Positions 7,839 through 17,213 of a DNA stretch of 32,028 bases are shown here, piece after piece (the stretch's first letter is position 1; each line of letters starts with the position of its first letter). The position numbers and the translations under genes were made by a program. The DNA comes from a virus. The notes below the pieces were generated by a model. It was not told where the DNA came from and ran no database searches. It saw nothing but the letters and a program-made list of their open reading frames with translations. The stretch lies in UHGV virus genome UHGV-0115055; one strand, written 5' to 3'.

Positions 7839-8723
7839 ATGAAATTTTATACTCCATTAAGATACCCCGGCGGGAAAGGTAAGTTATCTTACTTTTTAAA
7901 AGATGTTATTGAAAAAAACTCGTTGAATGATGGAGCATATGCAGAACCTTACGCTGGTGGTGCAGGGGTGGCTTTAGAATTATTATTGGAAGAGTATGTC
8001 CGTAAAATCTATATAAATGATGCAGATTTTGCTGTTTATTCTTTTTGGTCATCTGTTGTTAGTGATACTGATGAGCTTTGCCGACTTATTAGCCGAGCAA
8101 AGATAGATATGGATGAATGGTCTTTTCATCGCTATGTTATTTCGAATCCTTCTGAGTTTACTAAGCTTGAGGTTGGCTTTGCTGCGTTTTTCTTAAATAG
8201 AACAAATCGTTCAGGTATTCTCAAGGCGGGGGTTATAGGCGGGAAATCACAAAATGGAAAATGGAAAATGGATGTTCGCTTTAACAGGGCGGATTTAATT
8301 TCAAGAATTGAGAAGATAGCAAATTATAATCAAAGAATAGTAGTAACTAATCTGGATGCTTTGGATTTTCTTGATGCCTTGAATTTTATGGATAATATGG
8401 GAAAGGTGGATAAAAATAAAATTCTTTTGTATTTGGATCCTCCTTACTATATTAAAGGGCAAGGGCTTTACAGGAATTTTTATGAGCATGATGACCATGT
8501 ATTGGTTATGAAGAAACTCACAGAAATTAATTTCCCAAATTGGCTTGTTTCTTATGATAACGCTAAAGAAATTAAAGATATTTATAATGGATTTCCGCAA
8601 GTTGAGTATTCATTGCAATATACAGCGCATCTCAAAAAATCTGGAGAGGAAGTGATGATTTTTTCTCCTGAAATAATTATTCCTAATACCCTGAAAGGGG
8701 TCTCAATGCCAACTTGCGCCTGA
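7839..8723 (+). CDS. D12-class (Dam-like) N6-adenine DNA methyltransferase, cargo gene
   Basis: 294 aa; N-terminal YPGGKGKL (Dam family GGK motif), AdoMet-binding motif I AEPYAGGAGV, catalytic motif IV LDPPYY. RBS GAGAGG upstream. AT-rich. Confidence 0.88.
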   Translation: MKFYTPLRYPGGKGKLSYFLKDVIEKNSLNDGAYAEPYAGGAGVALELLLEEYVRKIYINDADFAVYSFWSSVVSDTDELCRLISRAKIDMDEWSFHRYVISNPSEFTKLEVGFAAFFLNRTNRSGILKAGVIGGKSQNGKWKMDVRFNRADLISRIEKIANYNQRIVVTNLDALDFLDALNFMDNMGKVDKNKILLYLDPPYYIKGQGLYRNFYEHDDHVLVMKKLTEINFPNWLVSYDNAKEIKDIYNGFPQVEYSLQYTAHLKKSGEEVMIFSPEIIIPNTLKGVSMPTCA

Positions 8724-8870
8724 TTTTACTTATTTTTTGTCAGTAAGTAATTAGTTTGGTGCATTTATTTGCATTCATTTTTAAATGCCAGTTCTGGCAT
8801 CTAACATCAGTGCTGGCGCATTCTAACCATTACTGCTGCACTGCATTTAAAGCCCTGCATGAAGCGGGCG

Positions 8871-8889
8871 GGCGAGGCGGGGAAAGCAC
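8871..8889. other. cos: cos site, candidate 19-nt cohesive end GGCGAGGCGGGGAAAGCAC
   Basis: GC-rich 19-mer located where P2 cos lies (between accessory region and Q); sequence matches my recollection of the P2 cohesive end, not verified against a reference. Confidence 0.6.
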
Positions 8890-9029
8890 TGCGCGCTGGC
8901 GGTGGTGCTGATTTTATTTTTTCAGCGTCTGAGCGCGTCGTGATGGCGTTTAGATTGTTCGCCGGGGCGTTGGTGTGTCTGCGGGCTGTTTTGTGCGGTG
9001 GTGAGCGTGTGAGGGCGTGATGGCGGGTT

Positions 9030-9054
9030 GTAAAAAAGCCGCCCGCAGGCGGCG
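9030..9054 (-). terminator. rho-independent terminator downstream of Q (minus strand)
   Basis: Minus-strand hairpin GCCGCCTGCGGGCGGC followed by a TTTTTT run (plus strand shows AAAAAA 9032-9037 then stem 9038-9053) right after the Q stop codon. Confidence 0.55.
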
Positions 9055-9058
9055 ATGT

Positions 9059-10093
9059 TCAGCCGTTGTCAGTGTCCAGTGAGTAGTTTTTAAAGCGGAT
9101 GACCTCCTGACCGAGCCAGCCGTTTATTTCCCGAATCCTGTCCTGTAACGGGATTAGCTCATTGCGGACAAAGACCTTTGCCACTTTCTCAATATCGCCC
9201 AGTGACCCGACGTTCTCCGGCTTGCCACCCATCAACTGAAAGGGGATGCGGTGTGCGTCCAGCAGGTCAGCGGCGCTGGCTTTTTTGATATTAAAAAAAT
9301 CGTCCTTCGTCGCCACTTCACTGAGCGGGATAATTTTAATGCCGTCGGCTTTCCCCTGCGGGGCATAGAGAAACAGGTTTTTAAAGTTGTTGCGGCCTTT
9401 CGACTTCACCATGTTTTCGCGAAGCATTTCGATATCGTTGCGATCCTGCACGGCATCGGTAACGTACATGATGTATCCGGCATGTGCGCCGTTTTCGTAA
9501 TACTTGCGGCGGAACAGCGTGGCCGACTCATTCAGCCAGGCAGAGTTAAGGGCGCTGAGATATTCCGGCAGGCCGTACAGCTCCTGATTAATATCCGGCT
9601 CCAGCAGGTGAAACACGGAGCCGGGCGTGAAAGGTGTCGGCTCGTTGAAGGACGGCACCCACCAGTAAACATCCTCCTCCACGCCACGACGGGTATATTT
9701 GGCCGGTGAGGTTTCCAGTCTGATGACCTTACCGGTGGTGCTGTAACGCTTTTCCAGAAACGCATTACCGAACACCAGAAAATCCAGCACAAAGCGGCTG
9801 AAATCCTGCTGGGAAAGCCACGGATGCGGGATAAACGTTGAGGCCAGAATATTACGTTTGACGTAAATCGGTGAGCTGTGATGCACGGCAGCACGCAGGC
9901 TTTTTGCCAGACCGGTAAAGCTGACCGGTGGCTCATACCATCTGCCGTTACTGATGCATTCGACGTAATCCAGAATGTCACGGCGGTCGAGTACCGGCAC
10001 CGGCTCGCCAAAGGTGAATGCCTCCATTTTCGGGGCGCTGGCGGTCATTGTTTTTGCCGCTGGTCGCGGTGTTTTCCCTTTTTTCTTGCTCAT
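9059..10093 (-). CDS. Q: portal (capsid vertex) protein
   Basis: 344 aa as in P2 Q; adjacent to cos and divergent from the O-N-M-L capsid operon. Confidence 0.93.
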   Translation of the reverse strand: MSKKKGKTPRPAAKTMTASAPKMEAFTFGEPVPVLDRRDILDYVECISNGRWYEPPVSFTGLAKSLRAAVHHSSPIYVKRNILASTFIPHPWLSQQDFSRFVLDFLVFGNAFLEKRYSTTGKVIRLETSPAKYTRRGVEEDVYWWVPSFNEPTPFTPGSVFHLLEPDINQELYGLPEYLSALNSAWLNESATLFRRKYYENGAHAGYIMYVTDAVQDRNDIEMLRENMVKSKGRNNFKNLFLYAPQGKADGIKIIPLSEVATKDDFFNIKKASAADLLDAHRIPFQLMGGKPENVGSLGDIEKVAKVFVRNELIPLQDRIREINGWLGQEVIRFKNYSLDTDNG

Positions 10094-11895
10094 CAGTAAA
10101 ACTCCAGAATGGTGGATGTCAGCGGGGTGCTGATACCCGCGGTGAGTGGCTCATTTAACAGGGCATGCATGGTCGCCCAGGCGAGGTCGGCGTGGCTGGC
10201 TTCCTCGCTGCGGCTGGCCTCATAGGTGGCGCTGCGTCCGCTGCTGGTCATGGTCTTGCGGATAGCCATAAACGAGCTGGTGATGTCGGTGGCGCTGACG
10301 TCATATTCCAGACAGCCACGGCGAATAACGTCTTTTGCCTTGAGCACCATTGCGGTTTTCATTTCCGGCGTGTAGCGGATGTCGCGCGCGGCGGGATAGA
10401 ACGAGCGCACGAGCTGGAACACGCCGACACCGAGGCCGGTGGCATCAATACCGATGTATTCGACGTTGTATTTTTCGGTGAGTTTGCGGATGGATTCAGC
10501 CTGAGTGGCAAAGTCCATGCCTTTCCACTGGTGACGCTCAAGGATCCTGAATTTGCCACCGGCCACCACCGGCGGTGCCAGTACCACGCATCCGGCGCTG
10601 TCGCCACGGTGTGACGGATCGTAACCAATCCATACCGGGCGTGAGCCGAACGGATTGGCGGCAAACGGCGCATAGTCTTCCCATTCTTCCAGCGTGTCGA
10701 CCATGCAGCGTTGCAGCTCCTCGAACGGGAACACCGACGCCTTGTCGTCAACAAATTCACACATGAACAGGTTTTTAAAATCGTCGGCGCTGTTTTCACG
10801 TTTGAGCTGCTCAATGTCGAACAGTGTGCAGCCACCTTTCAGGGCGTCCTCAATGGTGACAATCTGCCGCCACTGGCCGTCCGCACAGAGAAGACCTCCG
10901 GCAAGGGCGTTATGACTGACGTCGATTTCCACGCGTTCGGCGGCGCTGGCGCGTCCCCGGTTGAACAGTTCACCCGACCAGAACGGGTAGGCGTCGTGCG
11001 CCAGTGTGGACGGGGTGGAGAAATAGGTCGAGCGCAGGTGACTCTGTGAGGCCATACCTGATGCCACCTTACGCAGTACCTGAAAATTCGGGATCCAGAA
11101 AATCTCATCGACGTACAGGTCGCCGTTATGGCTCTGCGCGGTGTTGGAGTTGGTGCCGAGAAAAATCAGTTTTGCGCCGTTATTGCCCAGGACAATCGGG
11201 TCACCGGTCAGGTCAACGTCAACCAGCCGGGCAAAGGCGATGATGTATTCGCGGAACACATACGCCTGCGTTTTACTGGCCGACAGAAAAATCTGGTTAT
11301 GACCGGTTTTCAGGGCGCGCAGCAGCGCCTCGCGGGAAAAATAAAACGTCGCGCCAATCTGGCGGGATTTCAGGATATCGCGGATGCGGTGCTCAAGCCC
11401 GGCGCGATACCAGTGCAACTGATAGTCGAAAGACTGCTCAAAGAAAATCTGCTCCAGCTTTTCGATGGCCTCGTCACTGAAAAAATTCTTTTTCGGTTTG
11501 CGACGCCCGCCTTTGTTGCGGTTAGCGACGTTCGGATTAAGGTCTGCCTCGTTGCCGGTCTGACTGTAGCGGTTGACCCGCGCCAGTCGTTCAATCTGGC
11601 GTCCCAGCAGGTCAATTTCCTTGAAGTCACCGCCGGTTTTCTGCGGTTTGATGATGAGCTGGGTCAGCCGCGCTTCCAGACTCATTTCGACACGGCTGAT
11701 GGGGGCAACGCTGTCCCAGCCGTCGCGCTGTTTCCAGCTCTGCACCGTCGGGCGTTTCATCTGCAACATGGCGGCAATCTGCGGCACGGAAAACCCCTGC
11801 CAGTACAGCAGCGCCGCCTGACGACGCGGATCGTGTAAAAGAGTGGTGTCTGTGGTGATGGTCATGAATACCTCGCCGTGATGAATACACGGCAA
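10093..11895 (-). CDS. P: terminase large subunit (ATPase)
   Basis: 600 aa, position and size of P2 P; overlaps Q start by one base (coupled). Confidence 0.92.
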   Translation of the reverse strand: MPCIHHGEVFMTITTDTTLLHDPRRQAALLYWQGFSVPQIAAMLQMKRPTVQSWKQRDGWDSVAPISRVEMSLEARLTQLIIKPQKTGGDFKEIDLLGRQIERLARVNRYSQTGNEADLNPNVANRNKGGRRKPKKNFFSDEAIEKLEQIFFEQSFDYQLHWYRAGLEHRIRDILKSRQIGATFYFSREALLRALKTGHNQIFLSASKTQAYVFREYIIAFARLVDVDLTGDPIVLGNNGAKLIFLGTNSNTAQSHNGDLYVDEIFWIPNFQVLRKVASGMASQSHLRSTYFSTPSTLAHDAYPFWSGELFNRGRASAAERVEIDVSHNALAGGLLCADGQWRQIVTIEDALKGGCTLFDIEQLKRENSADDFKNLFMCEFVDDKASVFPFEELQRCMVDTLEEWEDYAPFAANPFGSRPVWIGYDPSHRGDSAGCVVLAPPVVAGGKFRILERHQWKGMDFATQAESIRKLTEKYNVEYIGIDATGLGVGVFQLVRSFYPAARDIRYTPEMKTAMVLKAKDVIRRGCLEYDVSATDITSSFMAIRKTMTSSGRSATYEASRSEEASHADLAWATMHALLNEPLTAGISTPLTSTILEFY

Positions 11896-12038
11896 GGCTA
11901 CTGAGTCGCGCCCCGCGATTCGCTAAGGTGCTGTTGTGTCAGTGATAAGCCATCCGGGACTGATGGCGGAGGATGCGCATCGTCGGGAAACTGATGCCGA
12001 CATGTGACTCCTCTAATCACTATTCAGGACTCCTGACA

Positions 12039-12893
12039 ATGGCAAAAAAAGTCTCAAAATTCTTTCGTATCGGCGTTGAGGGTGACACCTGTGACGGGCG
12101 TGTCATCAGTGCGCAGGATATTCAGGAAATGGCCGAAACCTTTGACCCGCGTGTCTATGGGTGCCGCATTAACCTGGAACATCTGCGCGGCATCCTGCCA
12201 GACGGTATTTTTAAGCGTTATGGCGATGTGGCCGAACTGAAGGCCGAAAAGATTGACGACGATTCGGCGCTGAAAGGCAAATGGGCGCTGTTTGCGAAAA
12301 TCACCCCGACCGATGACCTTATCGCGATGAACAAGGCCGCGCAGAAGGTCTATACCTCAATGGAAATTCAGCCGAATTTTGCCAACACCGGCAAATGTTA
12401 TCTGGTGGGTCTGGCCGTCACCGATGACCCGGCAAGCCTCGGCACGGAATACCTGGAATTCTGCCGCACGGCAAAACACAACCCCCTGAACCGCTTCAAA
12501 TTAAGCCCTGAAAACCTGATTTCAGTGGCAACGCCCGTTGAGCTGGAATTTGAAGACCTGCCTGAAACCGTGTTCACCGCCCTGACCGAAAAGGTGAAAT
12601 CCATTTTTGGCCGCAAACAGGCCAGCGATGACGCCCGTCTGAATGACGTGCATGAAGCGGTGACCGCTGTTGCTGAACATGTGCAGGAAAAACTGAGCGC
12701 CACTGAGCAGCGCCTCGCTGAGATGGAAAACGCCTTTTCCGCACTTAAGCAGGAGGTGACTGACAGGGCGGATGAAACCAGCCAGGCATTCACCCGCCTG
12801 AAAAACAGTCTCGATAACACCGAAAGTCTGACCCAGCAGCGCCGCAGCAAGGCCACCGGCGGTGGCGGTGACGCCCTGATGACGAACTGCTGA
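12039..12893 (+). CDS. O: capsid scaffolding protein
   Basis: 284 aa from ATG at 12039 (track ORF extends upstream to 11973); coiled-coil-like C-terminus; directly upstream of major capsid gene. Confidence 0.88.
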   Translation: MAKKVSKFFRIGVEGDTCDGRVISAQDIQEMAETFDPRVYGCRINLEHLRGILPDGIFKRYGDVAELKAEKIDDDSALKGKWALFAKITPTDDLIAMNKAAQKVYTSMEIQPNFANTGKCYLVGLAVTDDPASLGTEYLEFCRTAKHNPLNRFKLSPENLISVATPVELEFEDLPETVFTALTEKVKSIFGRKQASDDARLNDVHEAVTAVAEHVQEKLSATEQRLAEMENAFSALKQEVTDRADETSQAFTRLKNSLDNTESLTQQRRSKATGGGGDALMTNC

Positions 12894-12951
12894 CCGGCGT
12901 CAGTCAGTCCGGGAAAACCTTCACGATTAACCCTTAATTTCAGGAAAAACT

Positions 12952-14025
12952 ATGCGCCAGGAAACCCGCTTTAAATTTAATGCCTACCTGTCCCGTGTTG
13001 CCGAACTGAACGGCATCGACGCCGGTGATGTGTCGAAAAAATTCACCGTTGAACCGTCGGTCACCCAGACCCTGATGAACACCATGCAGGAGTCCTCTGA
13101 CTTTCTGACCCGCATCAATATTGTGCCGGTCAGCGAAATGAAAGGGGAAAAAATTGGTATCGGTGTCACCGGCTCCATCGCCAGCACCACCGACACCGCC
13201 GGTGGCACCGAGCGTCAGCCGAAGGACTTCTCGAAGCTGGCGTCAAACAAGTACGAATGCGACCAGATTAACTTCGATTTTTATATCCGCTACAAAACGC
13301 TTGATCTGTGGGCGCGTTATCAGGATTTCCAGCTCCGTATCCGTAACGCCATTATCAAACGTCAGTCCCTTGATTTCATCATGGCCGGTTTTAACGGCGT
13401 GAAGCGTGCCGAAACCTCTGACCGCAGCAGCAATCCGATGCTGCAGGATGTGGCGGTCGGCTGGCTGCAGAAATACCGCAATGAAGCACCGGCGCGCGTG
13501 ATGAGCAAGGTCACTGACGAGGAAGGCCGCACCACCTCTGAGGTTATCCGCGTGGGCAAGGGCGGTGATTATGCCAGCCTTGATGCACTGGTGATGGATG
13601 CGACCAACAACCTGATTGAGCCGTGGTATCAGGAAGACCCTGACCTTGTGGTGATTGTGGGACGTCAGCTACTGGCAGACAAATATTTCCCCATCGTCAA
13701 CAAGGAGCAGGACAACAGCGAAATGCTGGCCGCTGACGTCATCATCAGCCAGAAACGCATCGGTAACCTGCCGGCGGTACGCGTCCCGTACTTCCCGGCG
13801 GATGCGATGCTCATCACGAAGCTGGAAAACCTGTCCATCTACTACATGGATGACAGCCATCGCCGCGTGATTGAGGAAAACCCGAAACTCGACCGCGTGG
13901 AGAACTACGAGTCAATGAACATTGATTACGTGGTGGAAGACTACGCCGCCGGTTGTCTGGTGGAAAAAATTAAGGTCGGTGATTTTTCCACACCGGCTAA
14001 GGCGACCGCAGAGCCGGGAGCGTAA
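12952..14025 (+). CDS. N: major capsid protein
   Basis: 357 aa, P2 N size and position. Confidence 0.93.
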   Translation: MRQETRFKFNAYLSRVAELNGIDAGDVSKKFTVEPSVTQTLMNTMQESSDFLTRINIVPVSEMKGEKIGIGVTGSIASTTDTAGGTERQPKDFSKLASNKYECDQINFDFYIRYKTLDLWARYQDFQLRIRNAIIKRQSLDFIMAGFNGVKRAETSDRSSNPMLQDVAVGWLQKYRNEAPARVMSKVTDEEGRTTSEVIRVGKGGDYASLDALVMDATNNLIEPWYQEDPDLVVIVGRQLLADKYFPIVNKEQDNSEMLAADVIISQKRIGNLPAVRVPYFPADAMLITKLENLSIYYMDDSHRRVIEENPKLDRVENYESMNIDYVVEDYAAGCLVEKIKVGDFSTPAKATAEPGA

Positions 14026-14028
14026 CCG

Positions 14029-14766
14029 ATGACGAGTCCCGCACAGCGCCACATGATGCGGGTCTCGGCAGCGATGACCGCGCAGCGGGAAGCCGCCCCG
14101 CTGCGACATGCAACTGTCTATGAGCAGATGCTGGTTAAGCTCGCCGCAGACCAGCGCACACTGAAAGCGATTTATTCAAAAGAGCTGAAGGCCGCGAAAA
14201 AACGCGAACTGCTGCCGTTCTGGTTGCCGTGGGTGAACGGCGTGCTGGAGCAGGGCAAAGGTGCACAGGATGACATTCTGATGACGGTCATGCTGTGGCG
14301 TCTGGATACCGGCGATATTGCCGGTGCGCTGGAGATTGCCCGTTATGCCCTGAAGTACGGTCTGACCATGCCGGGTAAACACCGCCGTACCCCGCCGTAC
14401 ATGTTCACCGAGGAGGTCGCGCTTGCGGCCATGCGCGCTCACGCTGCCGGTGAGTCTGTGGATACCCGCCTGCTGACGGAGACCCTTGAACTGACCGCCA
14501 CGGCTGACATGCCTGATGAAGTGCGCGCAAAGCTGCACAAAATCACCGGTCTGTTTCTGCGTGACGCTGGTGATGCCGCAGGGGCGCTGGCGCATCTGCA
14601 ACGTGCGACACAGCTCGACTGTCAGGCAGGCGTCAAAAAAGAGATTGAACGACTGGAGCGGGAGCTGAAACCGAAGCCGGAGCCAAAAGCGGTCACCCGC
14701 GCCCCGCGTAAGACCCGGAGTGCGCCCCCGGCAAAACGTGGACGCCCGAAAAAGAAAGCCAGTTAA
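14029..14766 (+). CDS. M: terminase small (endonuclease) subunit
   Basis: 245 aa, P2 M size and position; basic C-terminal tail (RKTRSAPPAKRGRPKKKAS). Confidence 0.88.
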   Translation: MTSPAQRHMMRVSAAMTAQREAAPLRHATVYEQMLVKLAADQRTLKAIYSKELKAAKKRELLPFWLPWVNGVLEQGKGAQDDILMTVMLWRLDTGDIAGALEIARYALKYGLTMPGKHRRTPPYMFTEEVALAAMRAHAAGESVDTRLLTETLELTATADMPDEVRAKLHKITGLFLRDAGDAAGALAHLQRATQLDCQAGVKKEIERLERELKPKPEPKAVTRAPRKTRSAPPAKRGRPKKKAS

Positions 14767-14865
14767 CAACCGAATGCGCCCCGCGTCAGGGCGGCACGCC
14801 GGTCAGTGAGGGTGAATCACCTGACACTGCACCGGCGTCCACCGCCCGACTTTTCAGAGGTAGTC

Positions 14866-15375
14866 ATGATGACGCTGATTATTCCGCGAAAGGAGGCTCC
14901 CGTGTCCGGTGAGGGTACGGTGGTCATCCCGCAACCGGCAGGCGACGAGCCGGTGATTAAAAACACGTTCTTTTTTCCCGATATCGACCCGAAGCGCGTC
15001 CGGGAACGTATGCGCCTTGAGCAGACCGTCGCCCCCGCCCGTCTGCGTGAGGCCATCAAGTCAGGCATGGCGGAGACGAATGCGGAGCTGTACGAGTACC
15101 GCGAACAGAAAATTGCCGCCGGTTTTACGCGTCTGGCGGACGTCCCGGCGGACGACATCGACGGTGAAAGCATCAAAGTTTTTTACTACGAGCGCGCCGT
15201 GTGTGCGATGGCGACCGCGTCGCTTTATGAACGTTATCGCGGTGTGGATGCCAGTGCGAAAGGCGACAAGAAGGCCGACAGCATTGACAGCACCATTGAT
15301 GAGCTGTGGCGGGATATGCGCTGGGCAGTGGCGCGCATCCAGGACAAGCCGCGCTGCATCGTGAGTCAAATCTGA
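14866..15375 (+). CDS. L: head completion/stabilisation protein
   Basis: 169 aa from ATG at 14866 (track ORF starts at 14806); P2 L size and position. Confidence 0.85.
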   Translation: MMTLIIPRKEAPVSGEGTVVIPQPAGDEPVIKNTFFFPDIDPKRVRERMRLEQTVAPARLREAIKSGMAETNAELYEYREQKIAAGFTRLADVPADDIDGESIKVFYYERAVCAMATASLYERYRGVDASAKGDKKADSIDSTIDELWRDMRWAVARIQDKPRCIVSQI

Positions 15376-15578
15376 TGAAGACCTTTGCGCTACAGGGCGA
15401 CACGCTCGACGCCATTTGTGTCCGGTATTACGGGCGCACTGAGGGCGTGGTTGAGACCGTGCTCGCCGCAAATCCGGGACTGGCTGAACTGGGTGCGGTG
15501 CTGCCACACGGCACCGCCGTCGAACTGCCCGACGTTCAGACCGCGCCCGTGGCTGAAACTGTCAATCTGTGGGAGTAA
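15375..15578 (+). CDS. X: tail protein X
   Basis: 67 aa from ATG at 15375 overlapping the L stop (ATGA); P2 X size and position. Confidence 0.8.
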   Translation: MKTFALQGDTLDAICVRYYGRTEGVVETVLAANPGLAELGAVLPHGTAVELPDVQTAPVAETVNLWE

Positions 15579-15581
15579 CGC

Positions 15582-15863
15582 ATGACAGCAGAAGAAAAAA
15601 GCGTCCTGTCGCTTTTCATGATTGGGGTGCTGATTGTTGTCGGCAAGGTGCTTGCCGGTGGTGAACCCATCACCCCGCGTCTGTTTATCGGGCGCATGTT
15701 GCTCGGTGGTTTTGTCTCGATGGTTGCCGGTGTTGTTCTGGTGCAGTTTCCTGACCTGTCACTGCCTGCGGTGTGCGGTATCGGCTCCATGCTGGGTATC
15801 GCCGGTTATCAGGTGATTGAGATTGCCATTCAGCGCCGCTTTAAGGGCAGGGGGAAACCGTAA
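15582..15863 (+). CDS. Y: holin
   Basis: 93 aa with hydrophobic transmembrane segments and a charged C-terminus; P2 Y size and position at the start of the lysis cassette. Confidence 0.88.
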   Translation: MTAEEKSVLSLFMIGVLIVVGKVLAGGEPITPRLFIGRMLLGGFVSMVAGVVLVQFPDLSLPAVCGIGSMLGIAGYQVIEIAIQRRFKGRGKP

Positions 15864-16360
15864 TGCCGGTTATTAACACGCATCAGAATATCGCCGCCTT
15901 TCTCGACATGCTGGCCGTGTCCGAAGGGACGGCAAACCATCCGCTGACGAAAAACCGGGGCTATGACGTGATAGTCACCGGACTGGACGGGAAGCCGGAA
16001 ATTTTCACCGACTACAGTGACCACCCGTTCGCACATGGCCGACCGGCGAAGGTGTTTAACCGTCGCGGTGAAAAATCCACGGCCTCCGGTCGCTATCAGC
16101 AGCTTTACCTGTTCTGGCCGCACTACCGCAAACAGCTTGCCCTGCCGGATTTCAGTCCGTTGTCACAGGACAGGCTCGCCATTCAGTTGATCCGCGAACG
16201 CGGTGCACTGGATGACATCCGGGCGGGACGCATTGAGCGCGCCATTTCACGCTGTCGCAATATCTGGGCGTCCCTGCCGGGTGCCGGTTACGGTCAGCGT
16301 GAGCATTCACTGGAAAAACTGGTCACCGTCTGGCGTACCGCTGGCGGCGTACCGGCTTAA
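15863..16360 (+). CDS. K: endolysin (lysozyme-like)
   Basis: 165 aa; P2 K size and position; follows holin with overlapping start. Confidence 0.88.
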   Translation: MPVINTHQNIAAFLDMLAVSEGTANHPLTKNRGYDVIVTGLDGKPEIFTDYSDHPFAHGRPAKVFNRRGEKSTASGRYQQLYLFWPHYRKQLALPDFSPLSQDRLAIQLIRERGALDDIRAGRIERAISRCRNIWASLPGAGYGQREHSLEKLVTVWRTAGGVPA

Positions 16361-16374
16361 ACGGAGTAAACACC

Positions 16375-16800
16375 ATGAAGAAATTATCCCTTTCACTGAT
16401 GCTGAACGTGTCGCTGGCGCTGATGCTGGCACTGTCCCTGATTTACCCGCAGAGCGTGGCCGTCAGTTTTGTCGCTGCCTGGGCGATTCTGGCGACGGTT
16501 ATCTGTGTGGTTGCCGTTGGTGTCGGCGTGTATGCCACTGAGTATGTGCTGGAACGCTACGGGCGGGAGCTGCCGCCGGAATCGCTGGCCGTGAAGATTG
16601 TCACGTCGCTGTGTTTGCAGCCGGTGCCGTGGCGCAGGCGGGCAGCGGCTCTGGTGGTGATGGTGGCGACGTTTATCTCGCTGGTCGCTGCCGGGTGGAT
16701 TTTTACCGCGCTGATTTATCTCGTGGCGTCGCTGTTCTTCCGGCTGATATGTACGGCCTGCCGTCAGCGTCTTGAGGGGCGGGAACCATGTCAAGGCTGA
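16375..16800 (+). CDS. lysA: lysis timing membrane protein LysA
   Basis: 141 aa, strongly hydrophobic with multiple TM segments; P2 lysA size and position. Confidence 0.8.
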   Translation: MKKLSLSLMLNVSLALMLALSLIYPQSVAVSFVAAWAILATVICVVAVGVGVYATEYVLERYGRELPPESLAVKIVTSLCLQPVPWRRRAAALVVMVATFISLVAAGWIFTALIYLVASLFFRLICTACRQRLEGREPCQG

Positions 16801-17213
16801 TGATTGTGCTGGTTGTGTTGTTATCGCTGGCGGTGGCCGGTCTGTTTCTGGTGAAACATAAAAATGCCAGCCTGCGCGCCTCGCTGGACAGGGCGAACAA
16901 CGTCGCCAGTGAACAGCAGACGACCATCACCATGCTGAAAAACCAGCTTCATGTTGCACTCACCAGGGCAGACAAAAACGAGCTGGCGCAGGTGGCACTG
17001 CGTCAGGAACTGGAGAACGCCGCGAAGCGTGAAGCACAGCGCGAGAAAACCATCACGAGGTTACTCAATGAAAACGAAGATTTTCGCCGCTGGTACGGCG
17101 CTGACCTGCCTGATGCTGTGCGCCGGTTGCACCAGCGTCCGGCCTGCACCGACGCCAGTGATTGTCCACAACGCCTGCCCGAAAGTGAGCCTTTGCCCGA
17201 TGCCGGGCAGTGA
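16788..17213 (+). CDS. lysB: Rz-like i-spanin LysB
   Basis: 141 aa, N-terminal TM helix then coiled-coil-like region; P2 lysB size and position. Confidence 0.8.
   Translation: MSRLMIVLVVLLSLAVAGLFLVKHKNASLRASLDRANNVASEQQTTITMLKNQLHVALTRADKNELAQVALRQELENAAKREAQREKTITRLLNENEDFRRWYGADLPDAVRRLHQRPACTDASDCPQRLPESEPLPDAGQ

Noticed and set aside
8301-8600. 99 aa minus-strand ORF inside the methyltransferase gene
   Set aside because: Isoleucine/asparagine-rich low-complexity translation of AT-rich antisense sequence; the sense-strand gene has clear catalytic motifs.
9251-11890. Many 60-160 aa ORFs on both strands inside portal and terminase genes Q and P (e.g. 9251-9709 +, 9532-10011 -, 10165-10614 +, 10359-10835 -, 11128-11838 +)
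   Set aside because: Shadow ORFs in alternative frames of GC-rich coding sequence; they overlap long, syntenic, well-supported genes and have no independent start signals.
11896-12038. Search for Ogr/Delta-type late promoter dyads (TGT-N12-ACA) in the P/O divergent region, upstream of V (18234-18299) and upstream of FI (25580-25675)
   Set aside because: Late promoters are expected there, but I could not find an unambiguous match to the consensus spacing by eye, so no promoter coordinates are claimed.
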